Below, piece by piece: positions 39,823-48,948 of a DNA stretch of 64,000 bases. Each line of letters begins with the position of its first letter. The stretch's first letter is position 1. Source of the DNA: Sedimentisphaerales bacterium. Its GTDB lineage: Bacteria > Planctomycetota > Phycisphaerae > Sedimentisphaerales > SM23-30. The position numbers and the translations under genes were made by a program. The DNA lies in assembly GCA_963666285.1 (NCBI GenBank), contig OY762711.1; one strand, 5' to 3'. Under the pieces are notes generated by a model. That model searched no databases. It saw only the letters and a list, made by a program, of their open reading frames with translations, and was not told the origin of the DNA.

Positions 39823-41823
39823 CTAGTAATTGGGATAAAGTTTAATTTTATCTTTGTCGAGTCTTGCTTTAGTTGCGTCATGTTTTTGGCTGATAGTCAT
39901 TGTGCTTCTTCCGATGACGAGTGTTGTTTTGGGGATTATAAAACTTTTAACGGTAATCGTGATTGCGTCAAGGTCTTCTGCAAAAGCTTTTTCTTTTAAT
40001 GCCTCAATTTTCTCTTTGTAGGTATCAATCGTGTTGAGTATTTTCTTGATTTCCTTTAAGGTTTTTATAATGTACTCTTTTTGTGATTCCGGCAAATGGT
40101 TTATCATATCGATTGTATTGGCATTGTTGAAATCCAGGTTTACACTTTTCTGCTTGGCAACTACTTCAGATTGCAAATGAGAAATTACAGTTTCGCTGTT
40201 GGTTATCTGGCTATTGATTTCCTGGTCAACACCGCAAGAAATTATTGTTTCTTCCGTGATATTACCAACTGAATGTAACTCGGCGTTGCCAAGGGCAGAA
40301 ATTCTGCTGCCGATAATTGCTCCTCGTTGCTTACTTGTAACTCCACGACCTAGTACTAAAAGGTCTCCTCTTACAGAAATCCTTGAGCCGTGAATGTATC
40401 TTTGTATTGTCAAATCTCCGGAAACTCTGATGTTTGCATCCTGAACATAACCGATGTCGGCATTTTCTTTTACGTAAAGTAGCCCTTTCTTGCAAAATAC
40501 ACCTTTATTGACAATCAGATTTCCGCATCTGACTGTAACATTATTTTCGATAGAACCTTTGACTATCAGGTCATTTTTACATTCTACCGTAAAGCCGCTT
40601 AAGATATTACCGTTGATAATTATTGAGGAGCCCTTATAAATATTTCCTGTATTCGGTCCAACGTCGCCGTTTATGTGCAGTACATCTGATACAGAAATTC
40701 TATAATTATTATATATGAGGCACCCTTCTTTTTCTGCAAACAGGCTGACAGTTCCGTTTATCTCTTCATATCTTATGTTTTCTCCAACTGAAATATCTCT
40801 GTTTTTTCCCTTATGAGTATTGATGATATTCCCATAAACATCTTTGCCGGGAACTCCGTCTATAGCCGGTGTTATTTTGGCCAGCAGCTCACCCTGGCTG
40901 ACCATGGTATATTGTGCCATTTTCATATAGTCAGATATACTTAAGTCTTCTTGCATTTTTGGTTTTTCAGTATCTGCATATATCTTAATCGTTGCATTCT
41001 GGCTTGGTATAGGGCTTATTCCTTTGGAAACAACAAGATGCTCTACGATGTTATTCTCGGCTTCTAATAATTTTAGATGTTCCATCACCGAGTATAAATC
41101 CATGCAGCCGAGTTCGGGTATTATCAGATTCTGATGCTCTCTGGCATAATAGTTGAGTAAGGCTTGATAATCCGTGGTTGATTTCATTGGCATCAAGGTT
41201 AAAGAAAGCCTCATTCTATCGCTGGAATATTGGAAAGGGGATACGATATGCAGCCTCATGTTTTCGTCAATTACCAGGTATCCATCTGTATTGGCATGAA
41301 ATAAAACTGAGTTTGCTGATTCTGTAATATCTACATTTTCGCCGGGTTTAAGTACAACAGGAATGTTCTGCCGCTTTATCTTATCGCCATAAATATTTTC
41401 ATGGTCTGCAAAAATTACCTGGCAGATAAGTGAATTTTTCTTAATAAATCTTGCCTGGAAATCTGCCTCCACCTCTTCATCAGTTGAATTATATGCCGTG
41501 TATGCTTTTCTCGCTGAATCTATTTCCTTCATCAGGTCGGATGTAGAGATAGTATCATTATCAGCGAATATTATCTCGTTTTTAACTTTTGCTTTTGCTA
41601 CCACCAGGTCTTCGATCGGATCTCCGGTAAGGTTGGAGTGCTCCACAGCGATCTCTATTGCCATGGTGTCAATATTTGACAAAATGCCATTTGCAGCTAG
41701 GATGGAAATAACATCGTCAATGGTTATCTTTTCGCCAAAAACGTTTTCTGCTGCTAAATGGTTAATTGTTGCGATGCTTCCTTCGGGATCGCATTCAATA
41801 TTTTTCTGAGAGCCTGCTCTCAT
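39823..41823 (-). CDS. FapA/DUF342 family protein
   Basis: GELLAKITPAIDGVPGKDVYG, INGDVGPNTGNI, IIINGNILSGFTVEC, C-terminal coiled coil. The start is likely coupled (TGATG) to the upstream stop. Confidence 0.8.
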   Translation of the reverse strand: MRAGSQKNIECDPEGSIATINHLAAENVFGEKITIDDVISILAANGILSNIDTMAIEIAVEHSNLTGDPIEDLVVAKAKVKNEIIFADNDTISTSDLMKEIDSARKAYTAYNSTDEEVEADFQARFIKKNSLICQVIFADHENIYGDKIKRQNIPVVLKPGENVDITESANSVLFHANTDGYLVIDENMRLHIVSPFQYSSDRMRLSLTLMPMKSTTDYQALLNYYAREHQNLIIPELGCMDLYSVMEHLKLLEAENNIVEHLVVSKGISPIPSQNATIKIYADTEKPKMQEDLSISDYMKMAQYTMVSQGELLAKITPAIDGVPGKDVYGNIINTHKGKNRDISVGENIRYEEINGTVSLFAEKEGCLIYNNYRISVSDVLHINGDVGPNTGNIYKGSSIIINGNILSGFTVECKNDLIVKGSIENNVTVRCGNLIVNKGVFCKKGLLYVKENADIGYVQDANIRVSGDLTIQRYIHGSRISVRGDLLVLGRGVTSKQRGAIIGSRISALGNAELHSVGNITEETIISCGVDQEINSQITNSETVISHLQSEVVAKQKSVNLDFNNANTIDMINHLPESQKEYIIKTLKEIKKILNTIDTYKEKIEALKEKAFAEDLDAITITVKSFIIPKTTLVIGRSTMTISQKHDATKARLDKDKIKLYPNY

Positions 41824-42737
41824 CAATGACATTCCTCCAGGAGTTTGTCAATATCACTGATTAAGTGTTCTGTTTTATCTACCAGCCTGTATCTTTGAAG
41901 GGCGATCCGGAGAATTATGGTAAGTGTTTCAAATATACTGTCATTGTTAATATATATATCATCAGTTGAATTATAAATAACAATAGCATATATTATTCCA
42001 TTGTGTGTTATTGGTATTGCACTTATGCCGTTCTCATAATAATTATCATTAGTAACTTGCACGACGTTTATTACTTTTGTTAAGGCTTCACTATTTTTTA
42101 TTTCAGAGCTGGAGTAAGTATTATAAGATGTTTCGCCGGGTATAATCAGGCTTATATGTTTGGTGCAGAGTATGTAACTCAGGAAATCCACAATGTTGTG
42201 TAAGAACGTATTGATAGGGATACCGTCCAGTAATTGTATCAGCAGGTCGTTATAGTTTTTGAGGATATATGTTCTTTGCTGAACTTTTTCTTCAAGATTC
42301 TGATTTAAGTTCTCTAACTCTTCATTCTTAAACTTGAGCTCTTCAAGTAACTTAAGATTATCCATATTGAGTTGATAATAGTCTATACCGCTCCTGATCG
42401 TCATTACTAAATCGTCATTATTCCACGGTTTCAAAAGGTAACGCCACAGCAAACCGCTGTTGATGGCTTCTATTATCATTTCAACTTCTGAAAATCCTGA
42501 TAAAAGTATTTTAATCGAGTGCGGAGAAAGTTCACTTGCTCTTTTCAGAAGTTCAATCCCATCCATACCAGGCATTAGAACGTCTGAAATGATCATTGCT
42601 ACGCTTTCATTTTCCAGGACTTCAAGTGCTTCGCTGCCGCTTTCTGCCGTTATTATATTATATGGCTCTTTTCTCAGTACAGCTGTTAGTGAGTCCAGGA
42701 TACATTTTTCATCATCAACAAATAGTATATTATGCAT
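41823..42737 (-). CDS. Response regulator (receiver domain plus coiled coil)
   Basis: ILFVDDE, IISDVLMPGMDG, LLSGF, YLLKPW. Confidence 0.9.
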   Translation of the reverse strand: MHNILFVDDEKCILDSLTAVLRKEPYNIITAESGSEALEVLENESVAMIISDVLMPGMDGIELLKRASELSPHSIKILLSGFSEVEMIIEAINSGLLWRYLLKPWNNDDLVMTIRSGIDYYQLNMDNLKLLEELKFKNEELENLNQNLEEKVQQRTYILKNYNDLLIQLLDGIPINTFLHNIVDFLSYILCTKHISLIIPGETSYNTYSSSEIKNSEALTKVINVVQVTNDNYYENGISAIPITHNGIIYAIVIYNSTDDIYINNDSIFETLTIILRIALQRYRLVDKTEHLISDIDKLLEECH

Positions 42738-42942
42738 GGATGTCTCGCTTTTGTTTTACTAATTTATGTATTAGTGTGGTTAGTTAGTAATGTAGTTCCA
42801 ATAATAAGCCATTTTTAGAAAAGCATTTTCTCTCGTTCAGATATTCAAGTATTTTTAACATCCGTTTTTATTAAATATTGTATTGTTATTTACGTTTTTA
42901 CCGGACCTTATCAATAAATTCGCCCAATTTAATCAATATAGT

Positions 42943-42970
42943 ATATCGACTATAATGATACCGCTGTTTA
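42943..42970 (-). promoter_or_regulatory. Possible sigma28/FliA-like promoter for the RR-FapA pair
   Basis: Minus strand TAAA-N16-GTCGATAT versus consensus TAAA-N15/16-GCCGATA(A/T). Confidence 0.3.
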
Positions 42971-43143
42971 GTTGTCATGTATGTGTAGGTCAAAGAGATT
43001 GCTGTAGTTATTGGACATTCATAAAGCTTAAAACATAGTGCTTAATGAATGCTTAATAGTGAATTCTGCTTGATTTTGTTGGATGGTATGAAGAGAAAAA
43101 CCAAATTATGCGCAAAATGGTTGGGAAATAGCATAAAAAACGC

Positions 43144-43172
43144 TTGTCATTGTTGCTTTGTTATGCTAATAT
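43144..43172 (+). promoter_or_regulatory. Putative sigma70 promoter for the oxidoreductase cluster
   Basis: TTGTCA-N17-TAATAT with extended -10 TG. Confidence 0.5.
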
Positions 43173-43394
43173 TGTGACCAATCTGTTGTTTAGAAAAGTA
43201 TTGAATTTCAAGCATGATTCGCAAGTTAATATGAAACCTTTATTTACAGCATTTACTATCACTCATTTTTTAAAGTATGCAATTCTTTAAGTTTTTACTA
43301 TGATTTATGTATGATTTACTGAATATAAAATATTTGTTTTCATATTTATAATTTTTTTCTATGTTTGATTGTAACTTCGATTGGAGGCTTAACT

Positions 43395-44564
43395 GTGCTT
43401 AACAGAAAATTAATTATGGGAATGGTGGGCGGTGGCCCTGGTGCTTTTATTGGTGAAGTTCATCGTAAAGCAGCAAGACTTGATGGTCAGATAGAAATTG
43501 TTGGCGGTGCCTTTGATATCATGCCGGCTAAGAGCAGGCAAATGGGCAAGGAATTGTTCGTTGATCCTAAACGGGCATATAGCAGCTATCAGGAACTGAT
43601 TGAAAAAGAATTGAAATTGCCGGAAGGTGAGCGGATGGATTTCGTCTCTGTCTGTACGCCGAATAATTTCCATTTTCCAATCGCGAAAGCTTTGTTGGAA
43701 GCCGGTTTTCATGTTATGTGTGAAAAACCGATGACTCTGACAGTGAAGGAAGCTCGTGACCTGGTTAAAATCGTCAGGAAAAGTCGAAAAGTATTTGGTT
43801 TAATGCATAATTATACCGGGTATCCAATGGTTAAACTGGCGAAAGATATGATTAAAAAAGGCGAAATCGGCAAGATTCGCAAGGTGGTTGTTCAATATCC
43901 GCAGGGATGGCTGGCAACTGCATTAGAGAAAACTAAAAATCAGCAGGCTTCCTGGCGTACTGATCCTAAACAAAGCGGCGGTTCTGGCTGTGGCGGTGAT
44001 ATTGGTACTCATGCAGAAAATCTGGCAGAATATGTCACTGGTCTGAAAATGACTGAGATTTGTGCGGAACTTACCTCTTTTGTGCCTGGCAGAAAACTTG
44101 ACGATGATGTTAACTGTTTAGTTAAATTCAATAACGGTGCTCGCGGTGTGCTGCATGCCAGTCAGGTTTCTGTTGGTGAAGAAAATAACCTGGCAATCTG
44201 GGTTTATGGCGAAAACGGTGGCCTGGAATGGCATCAGGAGCATCCAAACTATCTGTATGTCAAGGCTATGAGTGGCCCTGAGCAGGTATGGAAACGCGGC
44301 AATGATTATGTTGCGGCATATAGCCCGGCAGCTGCTCGTTGTTCTCGTCTGCCGTCCGGTCATCCTGAGGCATTTATCGAGGCTTTTGCGAATAATTATC
44401 TTAACTTTGTTGATGCTGTTCGCTGTAAAATCGCCAGGGTTAAGCCGGATCCGCTATATCTGGATTTCCCAAATGTAGATGACGGTTTACGCGGTATGCT
44501 TTTCATTGATACGATTCTTACCAGTGCTAAGAGCAAACAAAAATGGACAAAGTTTAAAAAGTAA
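43395..44564 (+). CDS. Gfo/Idh/MocA oxidoreductase (cytoplasmic)
   Basis: RBS GGAGG before GTG 43395; GMVGGGPGAFIG, HVMCEKP, GDIGTHA, PSGHPEAFIEAFAN. Confidence 0.9.
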   Translation: MLNRKLIMGMVGGGPGAFIGEVHRKAARLDGQIEIVGGAFDIMPAKSRQMGKELFVDPKRAYSSYQELIEKELKLPEGERMDFVSVCTPNNFHFPIAKALLEAGFHVMCEKPMTLTVKEARDLVKIVRKSRKVFGLMHNYTGYPMVKLAKDMIKKGEIGKIRKVVVQYPQGWLATALEKTKNQQASWRTDPKQSGGSGCGGDIGTHAENLAEYVTGLKMTEICAELTSFVPGRKLDDDVNCLVKFNNGARGVLHASQVSVGEENNLAIWVYGENGGLEWHQEHPNYLYVKAMSGPEQVWKRGNDYVAAYSPAAARCSRLPSGHPEAFIEAFANNYLNFVDAVRCKIARVKPDPLYLDFPNVDDGLRGMLFIDTILTSAKSKQKWTKFKK

Positions 44565-44658
44565 AACTTAAAAACGGCCTTAAATTCAATTTTATTATAT
44601 GTAAGTTGTTTTTTGAGATAAACAGAGAAGAACATTGTTTAACTAAGGAGATATTTAT

Positions 44659-45651
44659 ATGGCAAGACCAGTAACACTATTTACAGGGCAATGGGCAGAC
44701 CTTACTCTTGATGAATTGGCAGCAAAGATGGCCGAGATCGGTTATAACGGTCTTGAGCTTGCTTGTTGGGGTGACCATATGGATGTTTTTCAGGCTGCCG
44801 AAGACCTGGATTATTGTAAAAAGCAGAAAGCGATTCTTGACAAATATGGATTGAAACTTTTTGCTATCAGTAATCATTTAGCCGGTCAGCTGGTATGCGA
44901 TTTGAATAATGACAGTCGCTCAGATATGTTTGCACCGGAAGATTGTGCCGGCGATGCTGAGAAAAAACGGGCCTGGGCTGTTGATGCCATGAAAGCTACT
45001 GCTAAAGCTGCTAAAAATCTCGGTGTTAGTGTCGTAAATGGTTTTACCGGGTCCAGTATCTGGCATCTTCTATACAGTTTTCCGCCGGTAAGTGATCAAA
45101 TGATTGATGATGGTTTCAAGTTCTTTGCCGATATGTGGAACCCGATCTTTGATGTTTTTGATGAATGTGGCGTTAAATTTGCCCTGGAAGTTCATCCTAC
45201 TGAGATTGCATTTGACATTGTTACTGCTAAGAGAGCTTTGGCTGCTGTTAATAATCGTGAGACATTCGGCTTTAATTTCGATCCTAGTCATCTTCACTGG
45301 CAGATGGTGTGCCCGGTGCGGTTCATACAGGAATTTTCTGACCGGATCTATCATGTACACATGAAAGATGCTGCTCGTCAGTTGGATGGTTATACCGGCA
45401 TTCTTGGCTCTCACTTGAATTTTGGCCAGCCGAATCGCGGTTGGGACTTCCGTTCGCTTGGACGCGGCGGAGTTGATTTTGAAGAAATTATTCGCATGTT
45501 GAACTTGATTGGCTATGCCGGTCCGCTTTCCGTTGAATGGGAAGATTGCGGCATGGAAAGGTTCCATGGTGCCAAAGAAGCATGTGACTTCGTTAAGAAA
45601 ATGGATTTTGCGCCTTCAAATGTTCAGTTTGATGCAGCGTTTGATAAATAG
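44659..45651 (+). CDS. Sugar phosphate isomerase/epimerase (xylose-isomerase-like TIM barrel)
   Basis: TLFTGQWADL, GLELACWGDH, FALEVHPTE, NFDPSH, HVHMKD, LSVEWED. Confidence 0.9.
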   Translation: MARPVTLFTGQWADLTLDELAAKMAEIGYNGLELACWGDHMDVFQAAEDLDYCKKQKAILDKYGLKLFAISNHLAGQLVCDLNNDSRSDMFAPEDCAGDAEKKRAWAVDAMKATAKAAKNLGVSVVNGFTGSSIWHLLYSFPPVSDQMIDDGFKFFADMWNPIFDVFDECGVKFALEVHPTEIAFDIVTAKRALAAVNNRETFGFNFDPSHLHWQMVCPVRFIQEFSDRIYHVHMKDAARQLDGYTGILGSHLNFGQPNRGWDFRSLGRGGVDFEEIIRMLNLIGYAGPLSVEWEDCGMERFHGAKEACDFVKKMDFAPSNVQFDAAFDK

Positions 45652-45729
45652 TAAATATTTTTAAGCAAATATTTACCAGAAGTAATTTTAGTATATTATA
45701 ATTTTAGTAAAGTAATTGCAAAGGTATCT

Positions 45730-45765
45730 GCTGATGGAAAATTCGTTTTCCATCAGCTGTTTTCT
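45730..45765 (+). terminator. Terminator-like hairpin with UUCG loop
   Basis: GCTGATGGAAAA-TTCG-TTTTCCATCAGC perfect 12-bp stem, then TGTTTTCT. Confidence 0.7.
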
Positions 45766-45939
45766 ACAAAAAGCAAACCTCACAAAATGCCTGCCAGTTG
45801 TAAAGAGAATTAGTAATAAGCAATATGTTTATTGCATTTAGTATAAATATTAATTCTTATGCCTTATATTTTATTAATGCAATAATTGCGTATGCATAAT
45901 AGTAACTGCTTATTTATTGTAGTAGTTATTTAACAGTTA

Positions 45940-46137
45940 ACTTTCGCAGTTTTTGAGCTGTAATAACGAAGTGCCTTTGGGTTAATCGCCTGAAAGGGCC
46001 TTCTGCAGCACTTTGAATTAAATATACTTTCGAGAAATAGCTCGGAAATACAATTAAATGTAATGTTTTTTCATTCACAAGGCCTTGTTCCGGCCTTTGC
46101 GTGTAATGTTGAACAGTAAAAAGTGCGATACCGCACT
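45940..46137 (+). repeat. Dispersed structured intergenic element, copy B
   Basis: Conserved blocks as in copies A and C; ~20-nt insertion in the 5' domain; ends in an AGTGCG-atac-CGCACT hairpin. Confidence 0.85.
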
Positions 46138-46158
46138 AACATATAGTAGATATTTAAC

Positions 46159-47469
46159 ATGAGTAAAAACAAAATAACTAGAAGAGAGTTTTTCTGTAGA
46201 GCAGCAGGTTATGCAGCTGGGGCTGCAATTTTCCCAACTATACTTCCCGTTTCTGCTTTAGGTGGCGACGATAATGTGTTGCCCAGCAATCGTCTGCAAG
46301 GTGCCCAGCTTGGTTGCGGCGGCATGGGAACCGGCAATATGCGTGGTTTTCTGAATTATAAGGAATTGCAGATTGTAGCTGTTTGTGATGTCGATAGAAA
46401 ACATGCTGAGCGGGCAAAGCGATACGTAGACGATAAATATGGCAATTCTGATTGTCGTATATACAGTGACTATCGTGAGATGATCGAAAAAGAAAGTCTC
46501 GATATTATCAGTCAGGCCTTACCGGATCACTGGCATGCAAAAAGTGCTGTTGATTGTGCTCGTAAAGGCATAGATATGTACGGCGAGAAACCGCTGTCAA
46601 GAACCATTGCCGAAGGACGCGCGATATGTGACGCCGTCAAAAGACATGGCATTGTCTGGCAGACTGGCAGTTGGCAAAGATCTGTAGCCAATTTCCGACG
46701 GGTTTGTGAGTTAATTCGGAACGGGCGTCTGGGTAAAATCTCTCATGTGGAAGTTGGTTTACCGGACGGAAGTCCTGGACCGGATAGAAAATTATTGCCG
46801 GTACCGGATTATTTCGACTGGGATATGTGGCTTGGACCGGCTCCTTGGCGGCCGTACCAGGATTTTGGAGAGGGGAGCCCTCATTACTGGTGGAGACATT
46901 TTCTGGACTATTCCGGCGGTAAGCTTACCGACTGGGTTGGCCATCATGCTGATATTGCTCACTGGGCACTTGGTTTTGATGAGACCGGACCTGTTGAGAT
47001 AGAAGGTAAAGGTTCGTATCCGACCAAAGGTATTTATGATGTGCCTTTTGAATATGATTTTGTCTGTACCTATGCTGATAAAACAACGATCAGGGTTGCC
47101 AATAAAGGTCTTTTGCCAAAAGGGCAGGGCGTTTGCTTCTATGGTGAGAACGGCTGGATATTTATTTCACGTTCAGTACTTGAAGCTTCCGACCCGAAAA
47201 TATTGCAGGAAAAAATTGGGGCAAATGAGATTAAATTATATAAAAGCGGAGATCATAAACGTAATTTTATAGATTGTGTAAAAAGCAGAAAAGAGACTGT
47301 TACCCCGGCTGAGACTGCTCATCGTTCGATTAGTGTCGGACTGCTCGGCGAAATTGCGATGCTGACAGGCAGGAAACTTAAGTGGAATCCTGAAAAAGAA
47401 TTGTTCGTGGGTGACCAGACAGCAAACAGATATTTAATGAGGTCGTATCGTAGCGGCTGGACTCTTTAA
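46159..47469 (+). CDS. Tat-exported Gfo/Idh/MocA oxidoreductase
   Basis: TRREFF; LGCGGMG, PDHWH, YGEKP, DWDMWLGPAP. Confidence 0.9.
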   Translation: MSKNKITRREFFCRAAGYAAGAAIFPTILPVSALGGDDNVLPSNRLQGAQLGCGGMGTGNMRGFLNYKELQIVAVCDVDRKHAERAKRYVDDKYGNSDCRIYSDYREMIEKESLDIISQALPDHWHAKSAVDCARKGIDMYGEKPLSRTIAEGRAICDAVKRHGIVWQTGSWQRSVANFRRVCELIRNGRLGKISHVEVGLPDGSPGPDRKLLPVPDYFDWDMWLGPAPWRPYQDFGEGSPHYWWRHFLDYSGGKLTDWVGHHADIAHWALGFDETGPVEIEGKGSYPTKGIYDVPFEYDFVCTYADKTTIRVANKGLLPKGQGVCFYGENGWIFISRSVLEASDPKILQEKIGANEIKLYKSGDHKRNFIDCVKSRKETVTPAETAHRSISVGLLGEIAMLTGRKLKWNPEKELFVGDQTANRYLMRSYRSGWTL

Positions 47470-47523
47470 AATATAAGGTTTAATCGAAGAAGGTTTAGAT
47501 AAAAACTAAAAAGAGGTGGCATA

Positions 47524-48864
47524 ATGTCTGAAAAGAAATTAAACAGGCGGTCATTTATCAAGAAAGCATCTGCGGTTTCGGCTGTGGCTGGTCTTCCATT
47601 TATTATTCCATCATCAGTTCTGGGAAAGGATGGAGCTGTTTCGCCAAGTAATCGGATTACTATTGCTCAAATTGGTTGTGGTGGCATGGGAACCGGCAAT
47701 ATGAACAGCTTTCTCAATTTAAATAATAATGCTTTGCAATTTATTTCTGTTTGTGATGTTGCTAAAAACCATGCGGCTAATGCTAAAAAGTCAATTGACA
47801 ATAAGTATGGAAACAGTTCCTGTAGAATTTACGGTGATTTCCGGGAAATGCTGGAAAAGGAAGATCTCAATTGTGTAAGCCATGCCTTGCCCGATCACTG
47901 GCATGCTCCTGTGGCTCTTGCCTGTGCTCGTAAGGGGATCGATATGTATGGCGAAAAGCCTTTCGCCCGATCTATTAAAGAAGGGCGGGCGATGTGCAAT
48001 GCTATCACTCAGAATAATCTTATCTGGCAGACCGGCAGCTGGCAAAGATCGGTTGCTCATTTTCATAAAGGGGCTGAATTAGTCATCAATGGCAGAATTG
48101 GCAAGGTTGAATATGTAGAAGTCGGCTTGCCTAATGGCGATGCCGGTGGCGGACCGCAGGTTTGCCTGGAGCCTGCTCCTTCTGGTTTTGACTGGGATAT
48201 GTGGCTTGGGCCGGCTCCTTATCGGCCTGCCCAGAATTTCAACGGTAAACTGAGAAAAGATGGTGGTAACGGACCCCACTGGGACTGGCGATGGATCCTG
48301 GATTATTCCGGCGGGCAAATGACCGATTGGGCCGGACATCATATTGACATTGCCCATTGGGGACTCGGCCTGGAACGCACGGGACCTGTTGAAATAGAAG
48401 GTAAAGGCAAATACGCTACCGGCGGGATCTATGATGTGCCTTTTGCTTACGATTTCAATTGTAAATATGCCAATGGTGTTACTATGCGGGTTGCAAATGC
48501 AGCTGCATTAACTCATGGAATGGGAGCCTGCTGGTATGGTGAAAAAGGCTGGATACATGTTAGCCGGGGTGGATTGAATGCTTCGGATCCAAAAATATTA
48601 AAAGAGAAGATCGGTCCTGGTGAGACATTGCTTTATAAGAGCTACAATCATCATGAGAATTTTATTGATTGTGTTAAAACCCGTAAGGAAACTATTGCCC
48701 CTTCCGAAGTAGCGCATCGTTCTATCAGTGTCGGATTGCTCGGTGAAATTGCCATGCAGACCGGTCGGAAGTTGAAATGGGACCCTGCTAAAGAAGTTTT
48801 CGTTGGCGATGCTGGGGCTAACAGTATGCTCATGCGGCAATATCGCAGCGGCTGGGGAATATAG
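47524..48864 (+). CDS. Tat-exported Gfo/Idh/MocA oxidoreductase (tandem paralog)
   Basis: NRRSFIK; same motifs; closely similar to the upstream gene. Confidence 0.9.
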   Translation: MSEKKLNRRSFIKKASAVSAVAGLPFIIPSSVLGKDGAVSPSNRITIAQIGCGGMGTGNMNSFLNLNNNALQFISVCDVAKNHAANAKKSIDNKYGNSSCRIYGDFREMLEKEDLNCVSHALPDHWHAPVALACARKGIDMYGEKPFARSIKEGRAMCNAITQNNLIWQTGSWQRSVAHFHKGAELVINGRIGKVEYVEVGLPNGDAGGGPQVCLEPAPSGFDWDMWLGPAPYRPAQNFNGKLRKDGGNGPHWDWRWILDYSGGQMTDWAGHHIDIAHWGLGLERTGPVEIEGKGKYATGGIYDVPFAYDFNCKYANGVTMRVANAAALTHGMGACWYGEKGWIHVSRGGLNASDPKILKEKIGPGETLLYKSYNHHENFIDCVKTRKETIAPSEVAHRSISVGLLGEIAMQTGRKLKWDPAKEVFVGDAGANSMLMRQYRSGWGI

Positions 48865-48948
48865 ATTTAGTTTATAAATGTTTGTATCTAAAATAAAAAA
48901 AAATAACGTTTTGCTTTGCAGAATATACATATAAGAAAAGTTAATATT

